Below, in pieces: positions 1 to 11,786 of a stretch of DNA of 64,000 nucleotides. The stretch is from the NCBI GenBank assembly GCA_951406725.2, contig OX597831.1, positions 57,970,001 through 58,034,000 of the forward strand. The letters run 5' to 3'. Position 1 is the stretch's first letter; every line of letters begins with the position of its first letter. This DNA is from Octopus vulgaris. Lineage: Eukaryota. The position numbers and the translations under genes are program-made. The notes under the pieces are model-generated. The model saw nothing but the letters and a program-made list of their open reading frames with translations. It had not been told where the DNA came from and searched no databases.

Positions 1-34
1 TCTATTTGTCTCTATTTAACTATCTATCTATCTA

Positions 35-90
<56 letters not shown>

Positions 91-94
91 TCTA

Positions 95-153
<59 letters not shown>

Positions 154-154
154 G

Positions 155-189
<35 letters not shown>

Positions 190-250
190 ATCTATTTGTC
201 TGTCTGTCTGTCTGTTTGTCCATCTATCTATCTGTTTATCTATCTGTTTA
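1..250. repeat. (TCTA)n/(TCTG)n compound microsatellite
   Basis: Directly visible tetranucleotide arrays. Confidence 0.97.
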
Positions 251-672
251 TATATATATTTTTTTTTATACACGCACACACGCACGTATTTGTATATACA
301 TTTACAATTCATTATCTGTACCTGACTATGTGCATGAAGCGTATGCATGCATACATATAAGTGTATGTGTGTATATGTGTATGTGCGTGTGTCTGTCTGT
401 GCATCAAAGGACTGTTTGTCATGTGGGCGGCAGTGAACATGACATGATGTGACGACATAAGATTGAATTTCTTTAAAAGGTGCTACATGTAATAAGACTA
501 ACTGAGATGCATGAATATAAAAGATGGTGTTGTTGATGTCATTATTTTTATTATTATTATTGTTGTATTTTGTTGTTGTTGTTACTGTTATTGTTATTAT
601 CATAATCATTATCATTATTTTTCGTTTTTGGATTTGGTTTGCAAGATTCTTTATATGAGTTTGTGTGTTGAA

Positions 673-912
673 GTATATTCTGTTGTGTCGGGGGGGGGGG
701 GGATACACACTCACTGGTAAAATTTCCACTTATTTCCTATTTCTATTTTCCTAAAATTTTTGTTGCGTCATGGCAACCTTTTCAATAGTCTTGAGACTCT
801 GTCCGAAAATTTTAGGAAAATAAAAATAAGAAATAAGTGGAAATTTTTACTGGTGATTGTGTTACATTATAAGGCACAAAAAAAAATGACTCTCCCCAGA
901 CACAATAGAATT
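673..912. mobile_element. Palindromic fold-back element; a related half copy lies at ~48760-48900
   Basis: cactggtaaaatttccacttatttcc...cctaaaatttt is the inverse of aaaattttagg...aagtggaaatttttactggtg; outer arms ttctgttgtgtc-ggg / ccccagacacaatagaa. Confidence 0.7.
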
Positions 913-1259
913 ATTATCATCATCAACATCATCATCATCATTATTATTATTATTATTGACTTGCCTCTTCTCTCAAAATTACTGGTCTTGTGCCAAAAGT
1001 TAGAAACAAAATTATCATCCTCAGCATCATCATCATTTTTAATTGTTAATGAATAAAAGAAATCATTGAAAAATAAATCATCATAGATATTGAAACATTA
1101 TTGGGTGGTGTCCATCCTTTCAGGGTCAAAAAAAATCTTTCATCCTTTTGGGATTGATAAAATAAGTATTAGTTGGGCACAGGGGTTAATGTAATCGACT
1201 AACACCCTCTGCTGAACTTGCTGACCTTGGTACCGAAATTTGAAACTATCATTACTATT

Positions 1260-1550
1260 CTTCTTCTTCTTCTTCTTCTTCTTCTTCTTCTTCTTCTTCT
1301 TCTTCTTCTTCTTCTTCTTCTTCTTCTTCTTCTTCTTCTTCTTCTTCTTCTTCTTCTTCTTCTTCTTCTTCTTCTTCTTCTTCTTCTTCTTCTTCTTCTT
1401 CTTCTTCTTCTTCTTCTTCTTCTTCTTCTTCTTCTTCTTCTTCTTCTTCTTCGTCTTCTTCTTCTCATCATCATCATCATCATTATTATTATTTTTATTA
1501 TTATTACCATTATTATTATTATTATTTTCATTATCATTATTATTATTATT
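1260..1550. repeat. (CTT)n followed by (CAT)n/(ATT)n microsatellite
   Basis: Directly visible. Confidence 0.98.
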
Positions 1551-1695
1551 AATAATTCCACAAAAGTCAACTTGCCTTTCATCCTTTTGAGGTTGATAAA
1601 TTAAGTACCTGTGAAACACTGGGGTCAATGTAATCAACTAGTCCCCTCCCCCCAAATTTCAGGCATTGTGCCTATAGTAGAAAGGATTATTATTG

Positions 1696-1744
<49 letters not shown>

Positions 1745-1745
1745 C

Positions 1746-2252
1746 GAGTGAGAGAGCAGTGCATGCCATCAAAGTGACACTGGGGTAAAATATATGAAGC
1801 CCAGTATGCCCATCAGGACTACCCATCTGATAAGGGTACACATGCATCACAACCATATGTGTGCAACATATTGATCTCATACCAAGATAAAATGCTCATG
1901 ACCTTGCAGGTGGGGCCCCGTTAGAATTTTCTTCAGGTCGAGTAGCCCATCTCAAAAGGTCCCTGAATTTCTTGAGGTGAATTATCCAAACCCTAAACAA
2001 TTCCTTTCAACAAATGGCTATGATGCTCCCTTACTATTTCTACTCATGATTAAAGATGCTCATATTGTCAGCTTCTAAGGGACATGCTCAACTGGTGAAG
2101 ATCAAGCAACTGACAAGCAAATCCGTGGTATTGAGCAGAATATTTGCTGTAGCCCATCTTTTATACCAAGACAAAACAATGTACACAATGATACTTCCAA
2201 TCAGTTAAGATCAGAAGCTATGAGAGCCACTACCTGGTACTGCATCAGGGCA
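1746..2252 (-). mobile_element. ~550-bp non-coding interspersed repeat (family X) embedded in (ATT)n
   Basis: Colinear with 3890-4443 from gagtgagagagcagtgc to gcatcagggca, with an internal deletion; ends in (TAA)n on the minus strand. Confidence 0.8.
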
Positions 2253-2260
2253 ATTATCAT

Positions 2261-2493
2261 CTATTTCTTTACTGCCCGCAAGGGGCTAAACACAGAGAGG
2301 ACAAACAAGGACAAACAGATGGATTAAGTCGATTATATCGATCCCAGTGTGTAACTGGTACTTAATTTATCGACCCCGAAAGGATGAAATGCAAAGTCGA
2401 CCTCGGTGGAATTTGAACTCAGAACGTAATGACAGACAAAATACTGCTAAGCATTTCGCCTGGTGTGCTAATGTTTCTGGCAGCTTGCCGCCT
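2261..2493 (-). mobile_element. tRNA-derived SINE, family A
   Basis: Reverse complement of ggcggtgagctggcagaa...gagttcaaattc (B box)...gactttgcctttcatcctttcggggtcgataaattaagtacc; many copies in the window. Confidence 0.85.
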
Positions 2494-2539
2494 TTCTCAG
2501 GGCAATTATTATCATTATCATCATTATTATTATTACTAA

Positions 2540-3070
2540 GGCAACAAACTGGCAGAATCATTAGCATGGTGGGCAAAATTTTTAGAGGCATTTCGTTTAT
2601 CTTTATGACCTCAAATTCTTCTGAGATCAACTTTGCCTTTCATCCTTTTGGGGGTTTATAAAATAAATACCAATTGAACACTGGAATTGGCTGGTTGTTC
2701 CTTCTTGAGCCATGCCTGGCTCATAAGGGCCGGTTTCCCGGTTTCTTGGCGTATAGGTTCCCCACCTGGACAGGGCGCCAGTCCGTCGCAGGTAAACTGC
2801 AAGATGCAGGAGGAAAGAGTGAGAGAAAGTTGTGGCAAAAGTGTCAGCAGAAGTTCACCATTACCTTCTGCTGGAGCCGCATGGAGCTTAGGTGTTTCGC
2901 TCATAAACACACACATCTCCCGGTCTGAGATTCAAACCCGCGATCCCTCGACCACGAGTCCGCTGCTCTAACCACTAGGCTATGTGCCTCCACTGAACAC
3001 TGGAGTCAATGTAAACAACTAGTCCCTCCTCCAAAATTTCAGGCCTTATGCCTATAGTAGAGAGGATTAT
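2540..3070 (+). mobile_element. SINE family A copy interrupted by a family C SINE
   Basis: Family A head at 2540-2685 resumes at 2994 and ends in an ATT tail. Confidence 0.8.
2686..2993 (-). mobile_element. tRNA-derived SINE, family C, with 11-bp TSD
   Basis: Minus-strand head gtggaggcacatagcctagtggttagagcagcggactcg; TSD tgaacactgga at 2675-2685 and 2994-3004. Confidence 0.9.
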
Positions 3071-3076
3071 TATTAT

Positions 3077-3385
3077 TAGTTGGCAGAATCATTAACACAT
3101 CAGACAAAATGCGTAGCAGAATTTTGTCTGTCTTTGCATTCAAAGTTAAAATTCTGCTGTGGTTGACAATTAGGATAGTGAGTTGGCAGAATTGTTAGCA
3201 CACCAGACGAAATGCTTAGTGGCATTTCATTTGTCTTTATGTTCTGAGTTCCAATTCTGCTGAGGTCAACTTAACCTTTTATCCTTTCAAGGTTGATAAA
3301 ATAAGTACCAGGAGAGCACAGGGGTCAATGTAATTGAATAACCCCTCCCCCAAATTTCAGGCCTTGTGCGTATCATAGAAAGAAT
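3077..3385 (+). mobile_element. SINE family A, truncated head followed by a full copy
   Basis: Two successive ttggcagaat...ttagc heads; the second runs to the agaaagaatt tail. Confidence 0.75.
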
Positions 3386-3573
3386 TTATCATCATCCTCA
3401 TCATCATCATTCAACATCTGTCTCCCATGCTGGCATTGGTCAGATGACTTGGCAGGAGCTAGCAAGCCAGGAAGCAGCAGCAGGTTGTATTGTCTACTTT
3501 GGCATGGTTTCTATGGCTTGATACCCTTCGTAACACAAATGACACTACAGAATGCACTAGGTGCTTATTTTAT

Positions 3574-3876
3574 TATTATATCTCTTTATCATAGGTTTTG
3601 TAGGAGCTCCTGGAGTCTTGCATTGATAGCAGGCTTGCTACCTGCAGCCTATGATAGCATGCTATCCATTCTTTTCAGCTATCTAATACTTACCTGATTA
3701 TTCTGGTTGTACCAAGGAGGCACAGTTTTTTAACAGTTCTATTGGGCATTCTATCCCAATTTCCTTTATATTCCCCTTGATGTCTTCTGATACTGTTCTC
3801 AAAGACCCAACAATAATTGGTACTGTGTTCACCTTCTTCATTTTCCATAGTTGGGCTATTTTGTACTTAAGAAGGT
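3574..3876 (-). mobile_element. 5'-truncated R4/Dong-like LINE (REL endonuclease C-terminus + 3' UTR)
   Basis: KYKIAQLWKMKKVNTVPIIVGSLRTV...LGTTRIIR, followed by a UTR ending in ataataataaaataa. Confidence 0.75.
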
Positions 3877-3889
3877 TGTTATCATTATT

Positions 3890-4443
3890 GAGTGAGAGAG
3901 CAGTGCATGCCATCAAAGTGACACTTGGGTAAAATATACGAAGCCCAGTATACCCATCATGACTAAACATTTGATAAGAGTACACCAGGCACATGCATCA
4001 CAACCATATGTGCACGACGTTGATCTCATATCAAGATGAACAGTGCATGACCTTGCAGGTGGGGTCCAATCAGAATTTTGTTCAAGTCGAGTAGTCCATC
4101 CTGTTCAAAATGTCCTTGAATAAGGGTTGTTTAAGGATGTTGAAAAAAACACCTATGTTTCCAGAGATAAGTTATGCAAACCCCAAAGAATTCCTCTCAA
4201 CACATGGCTATAATATTCCCCCCACTACTTCTACTCGTGATCAGAGATGCACATATTGTCAGCCACCAAGGGACATGCTCAACTGGTTACGGTCAAACAA
4301 CTGACAAGCAAATCTGTGGTATTGAGCAGAATATTTGATGTAGCCCATCTTTTATACCAAGACAAAACAATGTACATGATAACACTTCCAGTCAGTTAAG
4401 ATCAGAAGCTGTGAGAGTCACTGCCTGGTACTGCATCAGGGCA
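3890..4443 (-). mobile_element. Family X repeat, full-length copy
   Basis: Colinear with 1746-2252; flanked by ATT/CAT repeats. Confidence 0.8.
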
Positions 4444-4496
4444 TTCATCATCATCATCATCGTTGTTGTTGTTGTTATTATTTTTGCTATTATCAA

Positions 4497-4778
4497 GGTA
4501 GTGAGCTGGCAGAATCATTAGCATGCTGGATGAAATGCTTAGTGGTATTTTGTCTGCCACTACATTCTGAGTTCAAATTCTGTCGAGGTTGACTTTACTT
4601 TTCATTCTTTTGGTGTTGATAAATTAAGTACCAGTAAAACACTGGGGTTGATGTAATTGACTACTCCCCTCTCCAAAATTTCAGGCCTTGTGCTCTTGGT
4701 AGAAAGGATTCTTCTTTTCTTCTTCTTCTTCTTCTTCTTCTTCTTCTTCTTCTTCTTCTTCTTCTTCTTCTTCTTCTT

Positions 4779-4846
<68 letters not shown>

Positions 4847-5062
4847 GGTGGTGAGTTGGCAGAATTGTTAGTGTGCCAGACAAAATGCTTTGTGACATTT
4901 TGTCCGTCTTTATGTTCTGAGTTCAAATTCTGCTGAGGTCATCTTTGTCTTTCATCCTTTCGGGAGTCAATGAAATAAGTACCAATGGAGTCCTGAGGTT
5001 GATGTAATCGACTAGCAACCTCCCCCAAAATTCAGGTTTTGTGCTTATAGCAGAAAGGACTA
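4497..5062 (+). mobile_element. Two tandem SINE family A copies (4497-4710, 4847-5062) separated by (CTT)n(ATT)n
   Basis: Both carry the head, B box and agaaagga tail. Confidence 0.85.
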
Positions 5063-5299
5063 TTATTATTATTATTAGTTGTTGCTGTTCTTTAGCCTCA
5101 GAGCAGTTTTATCAAAGGCATTCCAACCATGACCAACCCATCTCATTTCCTATTTACAGACTACTAAAGTACCCATATTACATGTTACACAGCATATAAT
5201 TGTTTTCTTTCTTTAAGAGAGTGATTTGAGGGTCATTTGCTTGCTATTCCTAGCAGAAGGAATGACTAGTGTTTAGGATGGTGATACTAATATTACTAA

Positions 5300-5960
5300 C
5301 ATTGTCGTAGCCACTATCGCCACCACCGATGCCACCACTACTGCTACTATCATCACCACTCCAGCACAACCACCAGCACCTGTAGCAGCGGCAGTAGCAG
5401 CATCAGCAGCAGTAGCAGTAGAAGCAGCAGTACCATCACCACCACCACCACTACTAACACCACCACCACTACCACCGCCACTACCACTGCCACCTCCACA
5501 ACCAACACCACTGCCACCACCACAACCGTGACCACCACCACAACTGCGACCACCACCACTACTAACACCACCACCACTACCACCGCCACTGCCACCACCA
5601 CCACCACCACCACCACCACTACCACCACCACCACTGGGCCACCACTGCCACCACTTCCACCACCACCACCACCACCTCTCATAATTTCCAGTACCTACAC
5701 AACCGACATCCATCACTTTCACCACTGATGACAACTCTGTTGCTATTTTACCCAACTTGCTAGAAACAGCAGTCAAATATTTCTATTATCACAACCATAC
5801 TGTCTTAAAAAAACAGTAAGCACCTCATAGCGGATAATGTAATCTTGGATTCATTAAGTTTGATTAAAAAAAACAAGACAAAAACAAATGAACAAAAAGC
5901 ACAAAAAATGGAATGGTCTCTGCTCAAACGTCTGCTGAATCAAAACTGATTTGGGTCTTA

Positions 5961-6025
<65 letters not shown>

Positions 6026-6590
6026 CATGATAAGAACAGCAACGATGATGACGATGATGATGATTATAACTACCACCTCCATCAATACCACCACCACCAC
6101 CACCACCACAACTACCATCGGCACCACCTCTACTACTACTACTACTACTACTACCACCATAAGAACAGCAATGATGATGACGATTACAACTACCACCACC
6201 GTCACTACCACTACCACCACCAACACCAACACCAACACCAACACCAACACCACCACAACCACCCACCCCAATCACCACCACCACCACCACCACTGCCATC
6301 AGCACCGCCGCTACAGCTACTACTACTACCACTACTATTACTATAATGATGATGACAATGATGACGACGACAACAATGATGATAACACTGATGATGACGA
6401 TGATGACTACCACCACCACCACCACCACCACTGCCACTACTACTACTACTACTACTACTACGACTACTACTACTACTACTACTGTATTTGTGTATAATCA
6501 ATTATATCTTTTACTTCTTTCCTTCCCCCGCCACCCCGCACCTTCCACCTCATTGTCTCCATCATCATCACCATCGTCATCATCATGACT
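5300..6590. repeat. Compound trinucleotide low-complexity region (CCA, CTA, GAT, CAG)
   Basis: Directly visible; source of many spurious ORFs. Confidence 0.95.
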
Positions 6591-6906
6591 GTTGTATGAA
6601 CTGAGATATGTAGTTTAAAAAAAAAGGGGCTCAACAGCCGATCAAGGTACTTTATTCTACTAATGACAGGTTTATTTTGTCTGCCAGCCTACCACCATAC
6701 TAAATAAGCTACCGTTGAAATATATATATACTGGCATTCCGTCAGTTATGACTGCAAGGCTTCCAGTTGATCTGACCAATAGGATAGTCCATTCATGAAA
6801 TTAACATGCAAGTGGCTGAGTATTCCACAGACATGCGTACCCTTAACGTAGTTCTCAGGGAGATTCAGTGTGATATAGAATGTGACAAGGCTGGCCCTTT
6901 GAATAA

Positions 6907-7134
6907 CTCTTTTTTTACTCTTTTACTTGTTTCAGTCATTTGACTGTGGCCATGCTGGAGCACCGCCTTTAGTCGAGCAAATCGACCCCCAGGACTTATT
7001 CTTTGTAAGCCTGGTACTTATTCTGTTGGTCTCTTTTTGCCGAACTGCTAGGTTACGGGGACGTAAACACACCAGCATCGGTTGTCAAGCAATGTTGGAG
7101 GGACAAACACAGACACACAAACATTTACACACAC

Positions 7135-7181
<47 letters not shown>

Positions 7182-7190
7182 TATATATGT
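6907..7190 (-). mobile_element. SINE family B, 3' half
   Basis: ttttacttgtttcagtcatttgactgtggccatgctggagcacc... is shared with more than ten copies. Confidence 0.85.
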
Positions 7191-7192
7191 GT

Positions 7193-7302
7193 GTGTTTTT
7201 GTTATGTATTTGTCTGAATATTTTTTTATCATACCTAATGTGCCTACTATGATAGGAATTGTTTCTGATTTTAGATTCCACATTCGAGTTACCTCTATTT
7301 CC
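7193..7302 (-). mobile_element. Fragment of the same R4/Dong-like LINE family as 11068-11450
   Basis: Near-identical reverse complement of ~11157-11267 (EIEVTRMWNLK-ETIPIIVGTLGMIKK). Confidence 0.85.
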
Positions 7303-7747
7303 AAGGGCTACAATACATTCTCATCGGCTATTAATGGCAATAGACGCTATGAAAGACCGTTGAATAAAAAGGAAGTTACTCTAATAGGTAGAAAAAGAAA
7401 AAAAAAGAAAAAAGATAAAAAATACACACAACCATATTCTCAAAATACATAGGCATAAACCTCCTGCGTTCATAGCGTCTACATACGTACACACTCACAC
7501 AAACAGGTATACGTACATGCACATACACACACACACAAACATATATGTATATGTATGTACTCATACATACACACATATTTACGCAGGAGGGTTTGTATCT
7601 ATGTATTGTGAAAATATGGTTGCGTGTATTTTTTTATCTTTTTTCTTTTTTTCTTTTTCTACCAATTAGAGTAACTTCCCTTTTATCCAACGGTTTTCCA
7701 TAGCGTCTGTTGCCATTAACAGCAGACGAGAATGTATCGTAGCTCTT
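7303..7747. mobile_element. Long-TIR fold-back element (MITE-like)
   Basis: Arms ~7303-7469 and ~7581-7747 are imperfect reverse complements (aagggctacaatacattctc / gagaatgtatcgtagctctt) around a CA/TA-rich spacer. Confidence 0.85.
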
Positions 7748-7819
7748 CGCTCCAACATTCGAAACTCCAAGTACTATAATAACAACCTTTTACTGTTTGT
7801 TCTAAATTATAACATATAT

Positions 7820-8005
7820 ATAAGGAGAATTCACAAAAAAACAAAAGACGAAGACAGGTGGTGCAGACAACAAACAGATGTATTAGTATAATGCTTGGGA
7901 AGTGAAAAATCTTTAACATTTCGAGCCAACGCTCTTCCACAGAAAGGAACACAGAAAGAAACAAGGAGAGAAAATAAAGAATGTGTAGTGGCTAGTGATC
8001 TATCA
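7820..8005 (-). mobile_element. Penelope-like short element with a degenerate hammerhead motif, in (TA)n
   Basis: Homologous to 39940-40130; minus strand ctgtgga-agagc...gctc-gaaatgtt. Confidence 0.6.
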
Positions 8006-8605
8006 AATATATATATTTATATATATACATATTTGAGGGAAACCACTGTGGACACCCTTATGCTAGAAATAGATCCGCTATGGTCTTGCCACAAAGAGAT
8101 GTTCTCAAGAAAAATTTAGCAAAACAACCAAAATGTAATCGAGCAAGACAAAAGAAAAAAGCAATAAAAATATGGATTATTTGCATACATGTTTCACTAT
8201 TAGCATATTATGTAATTTTACTGACATAAATGTCTGTAGATCATCAGTGTGACCATCCAGATGAATATAATTTGCAGGACTGCATACTAGGACGTCCACA
8301 CCAAGTCAGATTTGTAAACAGTTCTACCCATTACACTCGTGGTTACTATTTCAAATGTCCTCATTTTGGCTTGCTAAATTACCGGAAAAACTGATGCTGC
8401 AGATAATACTTTACTGCAGAAGCCTTTGCTGGTTAAAGAACGTATTAATTTAAATTTAAATTTAAATTTAAAATGAGGGTGAGAAATTAGATATTAATTT
8501 AATTAACATCGATTTCACACCTGTAGTGTAGCATATAAAAAAAAACCTGAAGGTTCAGTAAAATTGTACTATATACATATTAGAGGGAAACCACTATATG
8601 GACAC

Positions 8606-8665
<60 letters not shown>

Positions 8666-9193
8666 ATATATGTATATTTACATATATGCATATGCGTGTG
8701 TGTGAGTGTTTGTGTTGCCTTGTCTTCATTTCACATCGGGGTTGATAAATTAAGGACCAGTTACACACTGGGGTCGATATAATCGACTCAATCCGTTTGT
8801 CTGTTCTTGTTTGTCCTCTCTGTGTTTAGCCCCTTGTGGGTAGTAAAGAAATAGGTATATGTAGGTTTCATATATCTGAATTTATGAATGGACTACACCA
8901 AGTTATTCAACTACTTTATGTAGAATAGATCTGTCTAATTGATATTGATCTAGAGTTAAATAACTGTTTAAAGTTTTGGCAAAAAGGCTGGCAGCCTTAT
9001 GGAGAAAGGGTACTTATTTAATTGACTTCTTAAAGAATGAAAAGTAAAGCCAACTTCAGCAGAATATAAACTCAGAACATAGAAAAAATGCCACCAAGCA
9101 TTCTGTCTGCTATACAAAGGATTCTGCCTGTTCTCTGACTTAACCAACAGTTAAATAATAACATTGTGTAACATGATCTTTGTCCTTGGGTAG

Positions 9194-9605
9194 CAGCTGT
9201 TATTTCTTATTTGTTTACCCCTAGAAAGTATGAAAAATGGCTAATATTTCCTTCAAATTTTGTTTTTGTTACGGTGTTTATTCTAACCTCAAAGAAGCCC
9301 TCTCAACACATGACTATGGTGCTCTCCAACTACTCAGAGATGCACATATTGTGTCAGCCATTAAAGGACATGCTGAACTGGTTAAAGTCAAGCAACTAAC
9401 AAGCAAATCTGTAATATTAAGCAGAATATTTGCTATAACGATATTTCTGCTTTAGCAACTTACCACTGAATCTGTCTGAAATGTAATGAAAAATAGGTCA
9501 GTTTGAAAACATCGATGTCCAGGTCACAAAAGCAAAGTTTGAAGGGAATAGTAGTCATTTCCTTTGATTTCTTGATAGAAGCAAATAGGAAATAACACTT
9601 ACTGA
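9194..9605. mobile_element. MITE-like element with ~80-bp imperfect TIRs carrying a piece of family X
   Basis: cagctgttatttcttatttg...ccttcaaattttgtttttgttac versus the inverse gtcacaaaagcaaagtttgaaggg...gaaataacacttactg; second copy inverted at ~43266-43655. Confidence 0.7.
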
Positions 9606-9765
9606 CTGAAGACAAAAAAATTTTATTTTGTTATTCTGTGTAATTGTTTAAAATTTGGCAAAAGGCTAGCAGCTTTATGGAGAAAGGGTAAGTTGGTTAC
9701 ATCAACTGCAGTATTCATCTGGTACTTGTTTTATTGACTTCTAAATGATGAAAAGCAAAGACAGC

Positions 9766-10042
9766 CATATACCCTCCAGCCTTTATCAGGTGTTTTGGAG
9801 AAATTTTGAAACCTGAGTTCTCATTTCTAAGATATTTTTCGATATTATTATTATTGTTCAGGTCACTGCTTGGAATCGAACTTGGAATCTTGGGGTTAGT
9901 AGTGCACACTCTTAACCACTACACCATATCCTCAAGACACCTGAAGAAGGCTGGAGGGTATATCAGCCAAAACGTGTTTACAACAAACAAGATGAGGACC
10001 AATATCCGTCGAATGTAAATAATGTGAATAATGTAAATAATG
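9766..10042 (-). mobile_element. Composite tRNA-head/hammerhead element with inverted arms, copy 1
   Basis: Minus-strand A/B boxes (tggtgtagtggttaag; gttcgattcc) between inverted cacCTGANGAaggctg...cagcc-(G/A)AAA arms. Confidence 0.7.
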
Positions 10043-10169
10043 CTAAGTCACATGTTCTAAACAAAAAGCACCATTTAAACTCAAACTATAAAGAGTTGAA
10101 AGAAACACCATTAAGTATTTTGTCTGCCATACTAAGGATTCTTCTTGTTCACTGCCTCAAACTAAAGGG

Positions 10170-10460
10170 TCAAGACCCCCTTCAGTCATCAATTAGCATG
10201 GAAAGTTCCTCTCTGAGGCACAAGCCTGGGCAAGGTGGTTTATGGAAGATCAGCAGTCGCCCATGCACACCAGCCTCCCCTCTTCACACCACTGATGTTA
10301 TCCAAAGGAAAGGCAAAAGCTGATACAGCTTGGTACCACTGACATCACAACTCATTTCTACAGCAAGTGAACTGGAGCAATGTGAAATAAAGTTTCTTGT
10401 TCAAGAACACAACACACAGCTCAGCCTGGGAATTGAACTTATGATTGTGAGCCTGACACT
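10170..10460 (-). mobile_element. tRNA/CORE-like SINE, same family as 35980-36305
   Basis: actggagcaatgtgaaataaag..ttgttcaagaacacaac is the inverse of a CORE-like block; shared tail. Confidence 0.7.
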
Positions 10461-10663
10461 AAACTTAAAATTTCTGTGGATGGGGATAGTTGATTACATC
10501 GACCCCAGTGCTGAAGTAGTACTCTTTTTTATCAATCCTGAAACGATAGAAGGCAAAGTCAACCTTGATGGAATTTGAACATAAAGAGCTAGAAAAAATG
10601 CCACTACGCATTTTGTCTGACATACTAATGATTCTGCCAGCTCACTGCTTTAATCTAGGATGA

Positions 10664-10779
<116 letters not shown>

Positions 10780-11021
10780 GTGCTCATGGGAACTGCTCAT
10801 ATCCCAAGCAAAATACTTTCTATGTAATCTCAAGTTTTAAAACAAACATAATTTTCGTATGATTTTTTTTTAGACATTCACTAGTACAACACTAAGTACA
10901 AAACCAAATTTATGCCACCCTAGGCATAACACCAAAACGAACTTCCAACTTGTTGTCTCTTGAAGTGTCTGGGTGAGACTTGGAGCCAGCATGTGCAAAT
11001 GTAAAGCAAAAGTCAAACATA

Positions 11022-11022
<1 letters not shown>
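10780..11022 (+). mobile_element. Short 5'-truncated R4/Dong-like LINE tail in (TAA)n
   Basis: VLMGTAHIPSKILSM* then 3' UTR, flanked on both sides by (TAA)n. Confidence 0.7.
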
Positions 11023-11067
<45 letters not shown>

Positions 11068-11071
<4 letters not shown>

Positions 11072-11446
11072 TACTTTCTAATTGATGTATCAATACCAGC
11101 AGATGACAACGTGTCTTTAAAAGAAATGGAGAAACTTTTAAAATACAAAAACCTCGAAATAGAGGTAACTCGAATGTGGAATCTAAAAACAGAAACAATT
11201 CCTATCATAGTAGGCACATTAGGTATGATAAAAAAAATATTCAGACAAATATATAACAAAAAACACCAGGACTTACAAATACATATAACATACAAAAAAT
11301 TGCACTACTGGGCACGGCACACATCCTACACAAAACACTTTCAATATAGAAACCATCAGAGCATCACAACAAACCACAGCACATACCCAAGGCACACAGA
11401 GCTGCGCTCGGTAGTGAAGTGAAAGCATGCTATAAAAATAAAACTA

Positions 11447-11450
<4 letters not shown>
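11068..11450 (+). mobile_element. 5'-truncated R4/Dong-like LINE (REL endonuclease domain) in (TAA)n
   Basis: FLIDVSIPADDNVSLKEMEKLLKYKNLEIEVTRMWNLKTETIPIIVGTLGMI, then after a frameshift ALLGTAHILHKTLSI*; (TAA)n on both sides. Confidence 0.85.
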
Positions 11451-11496
<46 letters not shown>

Positions 11497-11510
11497 TAAT
11501 AATAATAATT

Positions 11511-11740
11511 TATTTCTTTATTGCCCACAAGGGGCTAAACATAGAGGGACAAACAAGGACAGACAAAGGGATTAAGTCAATTACATCGACCCCAGTGCGA
11601 ACTGGTACTTTATTTATCGACCCCGAAAGGATCAAAGGCAAAGTCAACCTCGGCGGAATTTGAACTCAGAACATAATGACAGAGGAAATACTGCTAAGCA
11701 TTTCGCCCAGCGCGCTAACGTTTCTGCCAGCTCAACGCCC
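11511..11740 (-). mobile_element. SINE family A within (TAA)n
   Basis: Full-length inverse copy flanked by aataat arrays. Confidence 0.88.

Positions 11741-11786
<46 letters not shown>

Noticed and set aside
6-1637. ORFs with YLSI, poly-K, poly-R, poly-L or poly-F repeats
   Set aside because: Translations of (TCTA)n and (CTT)n microsatellites
5273-6588. Gly-, Thr-, Tyr- or His-rich ORFs resembling structural proteins
   Set aside because: Trinucleotide repeats open in most frames on both strands; no splice or domain support
10973-11422. 149-aa ORF as a host gene
   Set aside because: Read-through of a LINE UTR, TAA array and a frameshifted LINE endonuclease fragment
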